From Tubiluchus corallicola (taxonomy: Eukaryota; Animalia; Priapulida): a stretch of DNA of 64,000 nt. A program made the position numbers and the translations under genes. The stretch covers positions 1 to 64,000 of the forward strand of contig JAQGDQ010000230.1 in NCBI GenBank assembly GCA_030141605.1, given 5' to 3'. The notes beneath the pieces are model-generated. The model saw only the letters and a list, made by a program, of their open reading frames with translations. It was not told the origin of the DNA and searched no databases. Below, one piece after another: positions 35,588 through 60,400 of the stretch. Each line of letters begins with the position of its first letter. Position 1 is the stretch's first letter.

Positions 35588-37310
35588 GAGTCCGTAGTTT
35601 GTTAACTATTAAAAGGGTAGAAAAGGTTAGAGACTGTACTGAAGACAGTTTTAATTAATCAGATTTGACAAGTGTCAGTTCTTAGCACCAGAACGAGTTG
35701 TGTTATTCCTACTACAAAGAAATGTAAGGAACAAAGTACTCAATGATATATACTTCACAAAAAATTTGCAAAAAGAGTAAAACAACTGCAGGGTACTCAA
35801 CAGAAGTGCATATCTACAGCCTCAAATGAATTAAGTGACTATATGGGCAAAAAAATATTGACTTTTTCGAGTTTGTAACCTTGACCTTTTGAATTAACCA
35901 AAAAGCAATGCATTTCCAGGACATGCCTAGATAGACCTATCTTAATTACTGCTAAGTTTGGTGATTACAGCTTCATCTGCTTTGAGTATGTCATGTGATT
36001 ACTTCACCGAAAGATATATAGACAAACAATTAAGCAGACACAAAAACGCAACTAAGCGAACTACTTGATCACCGACTACAGCACGCTCTCAGATTAAGAG
36101 AAATTGCCAGATAAATAAAACTGAGACTGGTCAAAGAAACAGCAAGTTCTAAAAACTTGGCTGACAAATTCCTGATTTTTTGGTGGTAGTATTACTATTA
36201 GATACTCGTTAAATGCTCCTGTCCCTGGAGAATTTTGACCAGCAGTAGTCGACGTCACTAATCACGTTCGTGGTTAATCAAGTTTCTAAGCTAGTGTCAT
36301 AGATTGTACATATTACAGACAATAAAACATATTTCAAATAAGGTCACGGATAAAACGAGGTAGGGTCTAAAAATCGTCGAGAATTAAAAGTAAAAGCAAT
36401 GTGTAACCATAATCCCAACAAGTCCCACCTTTCGACTTACTTGAATATGAATTTCGCGACCGAAATGCGTCTCCATACCGATAGTGTTCCCACAGTGTGC
36501 GTGTCACAGTACCAGAGCTACAAGTAATAATTTTTCTTGAAAAATTACGTAAATTCTTATCATCAAGACTAGATTTCTTAACACATAAAAGTTTCTGTCG
36601 TGATATGCAGACAGTCGAAATGAACTCTTTGAAGTCACGTGACATGATGTACTGCTGCAAGGCCGACAGGGATAAGCGTTAGATTCACTTTTATTTTATT
36701 GCACACCTGAGGCTCTCATTTATGACATCTTATGACTATTGAGTAATGATTTACAAAAATGTTTGAGTACGTATCTATTAATTAGATAATTTCAAACTAA
36801 ATCCAAAGATATTAATTGGCACACAACAGGGCATGTTTTGTTAAAATTGTACTTCTCAAATATTTTCTTGTCACAAAAAACTCATTTTCGACTTACTTGT
36901 ATTCTGCAAGGTACGGTAGGGTATTTCAAAAATATTTAATAACATTTCAAGCAAATTCATAAAGTCCAAACCAGTAGCTGCAAAACTTCCAGAAGAGACT
37001 AAGTAAGAAATACATAGCCTGAAAATATCAGCAATTCATTCATTATGTAGCTGTCATAATATTGAATATAACTGTTGACGTAGTGGCACGGCACCCTTGT
37101 AACGATATTGCATCATTTTGCAATTGACGTCTAACATAATGTCAATCACTTTCTTTAACTGCCCAATCAGCATGCAAGTTATTTCACACACCTGCACTGC
37201 TTAATTAACGCAGGTACGTTCAGGACATTTAGCTGCAGTCCGTCTAACACTGTTGTGAAGAATGCTCAACTTTTCATTAGTTAGCGGGAGAAATATTGGT
37301 CTGGTTCTAG

Positions 37311-37367
37311 ATTTTAACTCCGCCATAGCCGGTCCCAAGCCCGGTTGACAGAGGAGGAGGGTTGGGC
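37311..37367 (+). ncRNA. Twister self-cleaving ribozyme at the 5' end of the RTE element
   Basis: T^AACTCCGCCATAGCCGGTCCCAAGCCCGGTTGACAGAGGAGGAGGGTTGGGC: UAAC cleavage loop, P2 CTCC/GGAG, P4 CCGG/CCGG, loop TCCCAAGC and pseudoknot partner GAGGG match the twister consensus. Confidence 0.85.
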
Positions 37368-40300
37368 TTAGGGTTAGCACCCCTATCCTGTAAAAGTTCT
37401 CAATTGCTACAGAAACAGACAGAAACAAATCTACTGACACAAATCGGCACAAAGCAGAAAGTTCGACCCATGTTATGACGATGCTAGGTCAAAGCCGAGA
37501 GGAAGCCCAGCATCCGATGAAGAACTCTATACTGAGTGCCACAAAGGTGACAAAAATTGGCACCTGGAATGTAAGAACAATGTTCCAAACAGGAAAAATG
37601 GCCCAAGTTATCCGGGAATTCAACAACTATCAACTCAGTATCTTAGGCTTAACGGAAGTGAGATGGACAGGAAGCGGAAACATCAAGAGTGGAGAAATAA
37701 CCTTTCTGTATTCAGGACCAGAGGAGGATCACCAGAGAGGTGTTGGTCTGATGCTGAACAAAGAGGCAGCAAAGACACTAATAGGATGGAACCCAGTCAG
37801 TGAGAGGATAATAACTGCCCGAATGCAGTCAAGGCATGCGAAAACAACTATTGTTTGCATTTACGCACCAACTGAAGATACAGATGAACAAGTTAAAGAT
37901 GATTTCTACCAACAATGTCAAGATGTGCTGAATGACATCCCCAGCCATGACATCATTCTCCTCATGGGTGATATGAATGCAAAGATTGACAACAACAGAC
38001 ACGGATTGGAGCATGTAATCGGGCCACATGGATCAGCTCAAGAAACAAACAACAATGGTGAACGGCTCCTGATGTTGTGCAATTTAAATGGACTGTGTAT
38101 TGGAAATACTTATTTTGCCCACAAAAGCATCCACAAGAAGACATGGAGGTCACCAGATGGAAATACACAGAACGAAATCGACTACATCTGTATCAGCAAG
38201 AGATGGAGATCAGCACTGAAACATGTGAAAGTATGTCGTGGAGCTGATGTGGGCTCTGAACACCACCTAGTTCAAGGAAAAGTCCAGCTCAAACTGAAAA
38301 GGATACAAAAGCCAAAAATCACAAGACCTTTTGCGGTTGAAAACCTGAAAGACCAACAAAAAGCAAGGAGTTTTGAACTTCCACTTAGCAACAAATTTGA
38401 ACCACTACTACAAGCCAACGATATTGAAGAACAGTGGAAAATATTCAAAGAAGCAGTAACAGCAGTTGCAGATGAACAGATCGGCAGAAGAAGGGGTAAC
38501 AGAAAAGAAATGTGGATACAAGAAAAAACTTGGAATTAATTGATGAAAGAAAGAAGACTAAGCAAATGAGAGACCAAGCAAAAACACCAGAAAGCAGGAG
38601 TCAAGCCAATGAGCAGTACCAACTGGCAGATAGAGCAGTAAAAAGACGTTGCAGGAGGGACAAGAACGAATGGTTTGAAAAGAAGGGTGAAGAAGCACAG
38701 TTAGCAGCCAGCCATAATGATACCAAGACTCTCTACAGAATTGTTAAAGATCTAACGGGAACAGGAGGCACCTCAGCTGTGCCAATCAAGGACAAACGTG
38801 GTGTGACTCTCACAACAACAGAACAGCAAAACGCACGATGGGTGGAACACTTCAAGGAAGTTCTCAACCAGCCAAACCCAACAACATTATTCAACTTTGA
38901 GAATGAAATTGGACAACAACAGCTAGATGTAAGATTGGACAACATCAGTGAACTGGAAGTCGAAACTGCCATCAAAAAACTAAAGAACAACAAAGCAGCA
39001 GGAGAGGACCAAATAACAGCTGAGCTCCTGAAACACGGTAATAAAGGGATAACACGATCAATGACAAAGCTCCTGAACAGCTGCTGGGAACAACAAAAGG
39101 CCCCGAAGATTGGAGAAATGGAGTCATCGTGAACTTGCCTAAAAAGGGAACCTGACAGATTGCAATAATTGGAGAGGAATAACTCTGATGTCAATACCTG
39201 GAAAAGTCCTGAGTATAGTGCTGCTAGATCGGTTGAGAGATGCTGCTGATATAAGACTAAGAGAACAACAAGCTGGATTTAGAAAAGGAAGATCATGCTG
39301 TGAACAGATATTCACTCTCAGAAACATCATTGAGCAAAGTATGGAATTCCAACAGCCCTTATTAATCAATTTTATTGATTTCAAGAAGGCTTTTGACTCT
39401 GTTCACAGGCAGTCTCTATGGAAAATTGCTTCTCTGTATGGTATCCCACAGAAATTCATTTCAACCATCCAGAACTTTTACCAAAACAGCGGCTGTTGTA
39501 TAAGAACACAAGAGGGAAACACCGAGTATTTCACCATCGAAACTGGAGTTAAGCAGGATTGCATTATGTCGCCGTTCCTGTTCCTACTGACGATTGATTT
39601 CATCATGAACAAGGCGGTTGATGGTAAAGATCTAGGAATGCAATGGAAACAACAACAACGATTGGCAGATCTGGACTTTGCTGACGATATAGCTCTTCTG
39701 GAAACATCAAAAGAAAGCCTGCAACAACTGACCACAAGTATGGAAGAAGTAGCGGGAAAAATTGGATTGAGAATTAGTCAAGAAAAGACCAAAGTTTTGA
39801 AAGTGTGGACAAACCAACAGAATGATGTACATATAACAGTGGGAGGCCAAATGGTTAAGAACGTTACCAGTTTTTCATATCTGGGCAGTGTGATGACCTG
39901 TAATGGAGGTACAGAAAATGACATCAGGGGGAGAATCGGCAAAGCAACAGCAGTATTTAGGAAGATGGGAAAAATCTGGACAAGCAAGAAAATTGACATG
40001 AAAATCAAACTTCGTCTGTACAACGCCATTGTGCTGCCAACGGCTCTCTATGCCAGCGAAACCTGGAAAGTCACAGCGGAGTTATCAAAGAAACTGAACG
40101 TCTTCCACCAAAAATGCCTTCGAAAGATACTAAAAATCTCCTACCGCGACCATGTCACCAATGTAGAAGTTCTTCAACGAGCGCAGTCATTGCGGTTACA
40201 AGATATAGTTACAGAGAGAAGAATGAAACTGGCTGGACATATTCTCCGTCTATCAGAAAGTCGCTACGCCAAAACAGCAGTACAGTGGGAACCACCTGGT

Positions 40301-40467
40301 GGGAAACGAAAAAGAGGTCGGCCAAAAACAACGTGGCGCAGATCCTTCAAAGAAGACCTTCGAGCTGTCAACAGACGTTGGGAAAACGTAGAGAACGAAG
40401 CCGCCGATAGAACTCAGTGGAAAATGCTGTTTGCCCAATGTGCATCAATGCGCAAGAAGGACTAAGG
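37316..40467 (+). mobile_element. Full-length RTE-clade non-LTR retrotransposon (APE endonuclease + reverse transcriptase), ORF broken by frameshifts
   Basis: ORF pieces 37475-38539 (IGTWNVRT, MGDMNAK, IDYICI), 38512-39132 and 39188-40465 (QAGFRKGRSC, FIDFKKAFDSV, LDFADDIALL, GKRKRGRPKTTW). Single ORF, essentially no 3'UTR. Target-site duplication TCTAGATTTT(AA) at 37306-37317 and 40468-40479. Confidence 0.95.
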
Positions 40468-42457
40468 TCTAGATTTTAATACTGTCAATTGAAATTGCAA
40501 TGAATTAGTGGAAATATATAGTCTAGTTTCGTTGATAGGAAGAAATGCACAACGCTTACGTCTATGAGTTGCTTATTAAAGCATTTGCAGTCAAGATAAT
40601 ACGCAGTTTAGTTTAGTTTATGGCTTTGCAAGCTAGATAAAAACAATTATTTGATTAACTTTAAATAAGGACAAAGCAAAATGTTTTCTTTTCTGGTCAG
40701 ATTTTAAAAACCTCAATGAGATCTTCATAGTCAAAATTAATTCAAATGTGGTCAAAACCTATATTATACAGTGTGGTGTATCAATGTAGTGTTAGCTATT
40801 TTTCTGGTTATAATCATGGTTAAAAGATGCCATTGGGACTTATGTAACTCGGTCGTTCAATATAAGGGTCGTCTATGGAATGGAACAATCAAATTTACTC
40901 CATTTCCTTAGCCTAACAAACGGAAGAATACAAAAACTGAATAAATTTTGCAGACGAGCACAGATCAGTTAATAAAGAAAAAATACATCGCAGGCATGAA
41001 TGATGTTCGTATGTTCAAAGGGAAGAGAGATTTAATATTTTTGTTGCTTATTTATTGTAAAGCAAGGCTAACTGCCTTAGTTTCTTTGTTATACTTATGT
41101 CTCTGTTTTGCAGTGCTTTGCAACTTCGTCTCTACATTCTGTTTAAATTGAAAAGTCATTTTTTGGCTACTTGAAGTGTTAATTTCGTTTAAAAATAGCT
41201 GCTACTCTGCAAATTTGTGTTTATGAAAAAGTTCAATCAGTTTATCTGCTGATTATACATTAGTTGAGACAGTTGTTGTTCAGCGTGAGCTGTTGTCCCG
41301 AAAGCCGCTGAGCGTGCAGACTATAGCGGAAGCGGAGCGATAGACCAATGTTTCACGCCAATTGCATGAAGCTCTGTGTTCTAAGCAGCAATTCCTGTCT
41401 AGTATTCAAAATAATGTTTGTGAAGATGCTACTATGTTAAAGATGCTGATACTACTCTGATCACACACTTTTTTGCAAATTTCCCGTTATTACAAAAGCA
41501 CGGCGAGGGAGCTAATATGACCCGTAACATTGAAAATTAAAAGCGACATTGTAACCAGAGACACAAGTTTCTGGACTATTATCAAACCTTTATTGATTGG
41601 TATCTAAGAAACCCGACCAAAAGATTTTCATGTTCAACCTGTTGTAGAAAATAAACCAAGAACAGAAAAATGACGATTACAGTGAGCATTTATTTGACAT
41701 CAAACACAACTGCTACATTAATAACTGCTGTACTAATAACGTTCAAACAACTGTTACACTGCCACACATAATAGATGTAACAAACCAAGTCAATAAAGCT
41801 ACTGACAAAACTGAGATCACAGGGTCACTATGACTGATTGCTCTGAATCTAAGTGTTAAAGACCTTAAATCTAATGACAATGATCGATACAACAAAACAC
41901 AGTTTAACACTCTTTAACGGTACTTGTAGTCTTCCTTTCTCAAATAAATTTTCTGTGGTTGAGCAAATTGATAGGTCATTATACCTGGAGCACAATGCAA
42001 AAGAGACTGCTATAAAGATAGTATATAATGCAATACTGTAATTGTAACAGTAGTTACAAGCGAAATACGAGTAAAAGCAGTGTTGTTGAAATTCTGCTAT
42101 GCCAAGGTTGCAAAACTAAACTTTTCGTTTTATTTTATATAATAAGCAACATCTACAGGGATTTGAGTTTGTTGGATTTCTTTATTCCACCAATATTATA
42201 TACCTAAACTTTGAACAAGCTTTTAGCTTTTAACTAAAAGCTATCTACCCGGCAAAAAATAAACAAAATGTGCTTACATGCCAACTCAATGTAAAGAAAT
42301 TTGTATTACAAGACTAGTTAATGGAGTGGTTCACTCACTACAGCAATAACCGTGCTAATCCTATAATTCTTGTGTAGTGCTTCTCAAATATAATCCTACT
42401 CTAGGCTTTTTAGACACATACTAATAACAGGTAGTAGAGACTACATTCAAGGTAGTA

Positions 42458-42487
42458 CTAAAGTTTACTGTGCATGCCAATGGTAGT

Positions 42488-42490
<3 letters not shown>
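42458..42490 (-). other. Putative stop-codon readthrough extension of MDH1 encoding PTS1 (X-TTIGMHSKL*)
   Basis: ...CAG GAC TGA ACT ACC ATT GGC ATG CAC AGT AAA CTT TAG; in-frame SKL immediately before the second stop. Confidence 0.75.
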
Positions 42491-54211
<11,721 letters not shown>

Positions 54212-54648
54212 GTTTACAAGCAAAAGTGTACTTTTTAGTAAAATGAAAATGACAAATTTTAGTCAGAACCAGCCGGCAAAATGTCCTTGAAGACGGAGAA
54301 CGAATGACAATTTTTATACATCCGCCCTAAATATAAACGCTTTAAAAAACTAGAAAGTGTTTGTTATATGTCTTATGACATTAAGATAAATAACTAAATT
54401 AACAACTATACAAAGTTTTAATGGCGCCAACTTACATAGCAGATTTATTATCTTTCATAGCGAATTACTGAAATGGTCAGTATTAAAATATTGTGAGCGG
54501 AACATTACAAAAATAGTTAGGTTACGACAGTATGTTAAAATTTTCTCAACAGAGGGCACTAATGTAATCCGTAAAAACACGTGCAATATTATTATTATGC
54601 GGTTTTCTTGAAATTTCTGTTTTTCTTTTAAAAGCTGCTGCCTTCATA
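54212..54648. promoter_or_regulatory. Probable bidirectional promoter region shared by MDH1 and MNAT1
   Basis: Divergent start codons at 54211 (-) and 54649 (+), 437 bp apart. Depends on the inferred MDH1 first exon. Confidence 0.6.
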
Positions 54649-57384
54649 ATGGAAGAGCAGCAGTGCCCTCGATGCAAAACAACCAGTTATAGAAACCCTG
54701 CTTTAAGGTTGATGGTTAACGTGTGCGGCCATTCCTTGTAAGTTTTTAGTTTTTACACTGAAGTAATTGTTGACGAAAGTTGGAAAAGGCATTACAGGTG
54801 TCTATAGACAGTAAAAAAACACAATGTCTAACAGTCCGGGAGTCTCGCTTGGAAAGTGAGATTCAGGAGATGTGTCTACTGATATCCTGGCTTCATAACG
54901 CCTCTTGGGATGCCATTTGTGGTCTGTAAAGTCACAGGGGTCGTTAATTGATCGTTGGCTGATCTATATTAGAGTGGCTACCGTGTGCCGCCATGTTATA
55001 GGAGATGTAGATCAAACATTATTTACTGCCGTATTTTGGTCATCAGTTTAAAAGCAATATCAAAGTAAATTAAAATTTAGGTTAATTAAGATTTAGCTTC
55101 ATAAGACATGCTATACACATTCACACTAGAATACGTGAGAATATGCCGAAGTAAGGTTAAACATGGCAGATGAATCTGGCACTGTTTTAAATGGCTAGAT
55201 ATTATAACATAGGTTATGATTGCGAACAAGTGATTACAGAACTTGTACTATAATATTTAAAATTCTGCTACCTGTGCCTATGACTAAGAATATTTACATG
55301 TTATTGGAAATGTTAGATTTGAATGTAGTGTCAAAAGAGCAAAATTGTTTAGCTAATCATCTGCCAGCAGTAATTAATTAAGGCATCTTATGATCTAGAC
55401 AGTGAATTCGAAGCTAGATCATGCAGATAAAAGGTAATGTTGTTTGTGATATTGCACAAGGTGGCAGTTCATACTCTCCACCCGCACTCATGCATGTGCA
55501 CATATACATACACACATCTGACTACAGTGTGTAAATAGCATTATAGTCAGGAAAAGTCCCGTAAAGAAAAGTAGATAAGTTAGCTGGTAAATTTAATAGT
55601 CCTTTGTAATTTTTACTTGCTCGACAGGCAAGCAGTAGGTTATGATCGAAAGCAATTGCAGTGACCGTGAGATAACTCCCAGATTTTATTCTGCAACCAG
55701 GACTTTTGGGCTGTTAGACACTACGACAAAAAATAGACAAAGTAATATTTATGAGCTGTAAGCAATATAAGAAGCATCACATCTGGTAATATCATAGCCG
55801 ATCTCTTACAAAACAAGTCATAACAAATTCTTTTATGCCCAATTAATATACGAAATTATTAACAAAATTGGGTGTATTTGTTTTCTTCCTGAATCTGCTT
55901 GAAAACATATACAATTTTTTATCATTATTTTTACTACTCTAAAACGTACACAATATTTTATTCAAATTTTTTTACTAGTGACTTAGGTTTGTGTTTTTTT
56001 TCAATTATTTTCTGAGGTTAACCAGAATTTAGTAATAATCTGGAAAAATGTTGGTAGTGAAAGTGAAGTATAAATAAATTGAAAATTTGACTACCATTGG
56101 TGCCATAGATATCTCTTTGTGTAGAGTGTCAGTATGATATTACCATTCATTCACGATTTTTAACCTGGTTGTTGTCATGTAAAATGGCTGCCAAGGATAA
56201 AGCCAAGATGGCTTTTGTTACGCATTAAGGCCTTTACTAATTTGAGAGTATGCCTTTCAGTCTGCCCTGTGCTGTGGCATTTTTGAGCTCTTTCTGGAAC
56301 AGATTTGTCTGGCTTACACCAATTGGAGTAATCCCAATGTATCATGCTGATCTGTCTTGATGACCCTTTTGTGGTCGTATTTCGAAGAGCATCTTGAAAA
56401 CTGCCTTCAAAAGTTTTTATCAAGTTAGAAAATGCCAGAGTTAATGCAAACTAATGTCTACTCATGCAGATTGACGATATTTATTGTCTTCAATTCACAT
56501 AAATGCAAAAACTGGTCCTGTTAAACTTAGGTTAAGTGGTTCTTAACTTGCTTTAGCCTCTGAAGTTTATAACTTTCCCGGACTCTGTACTTAGAGCCAT
56601 CACTTTGTCAGGAGTTTTGGTAAGATTGGTTCACTCTCCATGAATTTGGCGTAAAAATCAACAATTTTGTGGCATGACCACAACTTTTTGCCTTTTTAAT
56701 TTCAGGTTTTACTTGTGAGTAATTCTGTCTGAATGTGCCCCACTTTGAATTTAACTTCATAAAAGCAGCTGTAACTTCTCTCCATTGTCAAGTACAGGCT
56801 GGACAAGTGTGTTTTGGGATATTTCAGTCAAATATTAACATCGTCATAATATAACTCCTGTGCAATATTCATGCAGAATACTTTTGGCGGTTATTAAGGC
56901 TACTTTCGTCATTATTTATATGTAAACCCTTTGAGATATGCACTCATGTTATGCTGGCTTCACACACCCAAAAGCCTGTGTAGTCAATATGCCATTGAAA
57001 GCTCAAAGGTCTTGTGACAACGAATCTAGGCCCTCTATTTTTACTTATTCATGACTAAAATGTTGCGGTCAAAAATTTAAATTTTTTCAGATGTGAAAAC
57101 TGTGTGGAGTTGTTGTTCGTGCGTGGTTCTGGTACCTGTCCGGAATGTGGCACTCCCCTGCGACGTAGTGGTTTCCGAATTCAACAATTTGAAGATGCAA
57201 TGGTTGAAAAAGAGATCGATATACGGAAGAAAATATTGAAAGAGTAATTTAATTTAATTCTATTATGTAATTACCTTAATTAGCTCTTCTAATAATAATA
57301 TACTTGTCTAGTGCAACAGGCTCTAGCTATGTGCATTCTGCAATTTCAAGTTACTGATAAAGCTAAAAGATGAGACTGAACAGA

Positions 57385-57423
<39 letters not shown>

Positions 57424-60400
57424 AAGGGGAATAGTTGGTTGGCCTATGGTGTTGATTTGACACACTAACTTACGATATTATTACTGGCAATATGATATTT
57501 TACCACTTGGGCATTATATATACATGTATATTCACTTTATTGTAATGAATGGGCCACTTCTACTTAAATATGAATGGCACTGCTTTATGTGCTAAGTATT
57601 ATTGCTCCGCTATAAAATAGGCTAGATAACAATGCCTATCGTGTCACCAATTTAGAGTACTTTTTATTTGTTAGTTATAACAAGAAGGAAACTGATTTTT
57701 CTACATTGAGGGAATATAATGATTACCTGGAAGAGATAGAGGAAATTGGTAAGCATTAATAATTTTTATTGCTAAGTACAGTATAACACCATTATAGTGA
57801 ACATGGCTTAATGTGTACACAACGGTAATGTGAACCCACAAAAAAGAACGAATTTTTATCACTTATTTAACTAGTACAATAGCTTCGAATATAGCGTACT
57901 CGACTACAGCTTATTGCGGACTTTTTGTCGGACCCAATTGTTTGCATTATAAGTTTTTATTGTGTACTTTACCTTTGCCAGGCATTTGCAAATTAATTTA
58001 CATTTAAATTTAACCCATCATTCTTGATGCTGCAAATTAGTTGTTGGGTTGCGCATGCGGAGTTGTTAACACGTTGAAAGGCCATCTTGTCTATTACTGT
58101 ATAAAAACAATGAGTCACTCAGTGGCTTGGTACCCCGCTGTTTTATGTACGTACATAAGCAGCGCATTGCTGTCACGTTTCATCAAGTGATGAATCCTAC
58201 TGCAAAAAAAGTGACAAACAGAAATTTTGTGCAAGCAAAATTGACTGACTTTTTGAACCTCATTGACTGTATTCAACATGTCGCATAAATTTTCAACTGA
58301 ATGTGTACACGCAATTTAATATGAAACATTCGATAATTTTTAGTTTATTGAAGCACATAAAATACTTTTCAGTGAACTTAAATATACTCTGAAGTAGCTG
58401 ATTCTTGACAGGATCTTTTGAAAGTACTTTACGTCCTCTATGGAGCCACACACCACTCTTTATTTATGTACTTTTGTTGTTAATATGTGCTTCTCCATTT
58501 ATCTAGTAGTCAAAAAAACTGGTCTTAAACTTATGATTAACCGCGTATGTTTACCGAGTGTCTCCGTTATAAAGTACTTTTTTCTGGGTCTCTAGCAGGT
58601 TCGCTATAATGATGTTATACTGTGCTATATTTATTTCCTAATGTGACTGAATTTTGAGATGTTACCTTTTTACAGTTTTACATATTTGTGAACAAAACTT
58701 AACATGTTTAGCAACTTTAACTTTACTAGGAAGTTAAAAGTTGGTTTGTGTTTGGTTTACATTTTGCATTGTTTGCGTATGACTGCGCATGCATGTCAAC
58801 CATATGCAATTTTGACAGCTTTTATGTTAACGAAAATATTATGAAAAGAAGGGTTTTTGGATTATAAGTATAACTCTATGATCATTGTGCCATTTGTTCA
58901 TCATTAACATCAAGGTTGATGTTAATTCAAGCTTAATTAACTCATTGTACGGAATCGCCACTCGAGTTTGAAAACGAGGCTCTTGCCATGTTTACCTGAA
59001 GTAGTGGCGATTGTAGCCTCGTAGGGAAGTACTGAAAGTACAGTGCAGTGCTGTGTGCCTAACTATGAAGCTGCACAAGTGTTTTGCGTTATATAAATTC
59101 ACCAGAATTCTCTTTCCACGTCTTCCATTGGATCGCTGCATACTTACAAATCTCAAGTGATCCAATTATTAAAATGTGGAGTGTTGAATTTTTGTGTGCA
59201 TTCGAAAATAAACAATTTGCAGGAAATTTTCAGTAAATAAGCTAGATCTCAGATAAACTAACAAGTTGCTGAATAAATTTGATAAGGTTTGTGGAGCAAC
59301 CAAACTATTTTAACTGTCTACTTTTACAAGACTTTAGATTTGTTAGTGCCAGTCGATTTACCTATAAATCAGTGTAAATCATGCTATTGGTTACTATTAA
59401 TGTTTCTTTATGTAATTTTTTACAGTAGTAATTTCACAACCATTCTTGGCAATTGTGCAATTAAGCACACGTTTGACTATGAACTTAATAGTTGTATGTT
59501 AAGCAGGTCTGTACTGTTTGAATTTGTGTTTTAAATTTCTGTGATTATATTAGATGAATAAAACTTGTTTGTGTTGTACTGTTTTTGAAATGCTCATTAA
59601 TGATAGCAGGAAATTTAGGAACACAGTTTTTTACATCATGTATATTTAAATGTTACACCTTATTTGTTATCAGCAGTAGCAGGAAATTAAAGTATAAAAG
59701 TATAGTTTCATTTTGTAACTTTCAAAAGTCTTCATTGTTAAAGTTTGATGAAATAAATAAAAAATATCAGTTAAATTTAAGTGATATTATGTGGTAAAGT
59801 TTTATGTCATTTCCAGCTAGTTTTGATTTTCGTTTTCCTTTAAAATGATAAAGATTTCTGGATTTGCCAGGCTGCCCAGGCAGTCTTTGCAGTGGTTAAT
59901 TTTATTCATTATTGTGTTGATTTCATAGGTTCTACTAAAATATCAATTTTTCCTTAGTTTGTAATACGAATTCATTTCGTTAAAAGAACTGCCATGACAC
60001 AGCTAATTGTAATTAAGTTTACAATGCTGGTTATTATATTCCAATAAAAGTGGCCTTTTTTCTGTGTTGGAGCTTGCAAGGAGAGTGCCTCGCTTTCATG
60101 TCATGGCGATTGTAGCACGTAAAGTGCAAATAACTTACCAACTAATATATCATTTGTGCCACATTTTAACCATGATGTTGAAGTTCGCCACATGAATTTG
60201 GTCATGTTTTTGACGATTTTTCCTGGTCGGTTTTGGCTAAATTGTTTTGCATTTGACTTATTCTTGTTAGGAAATGGCTTACAAACAAGACATTTGAAAA
60301 TAGTTAATGTAAAATGTTTTAATCTGTAATAATGGAAAGAAATGATATATACACAATAGAAGCAGTATGTACATGTATATTGTCTGTTCTCCTCTATTGT

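Noticed and set aside
37829-40438. Antisense and alternative-frame ORFs inside the LINE
   Set aside because: Shadow ORFs of the RTE coding sequence with no recognisable motifs.
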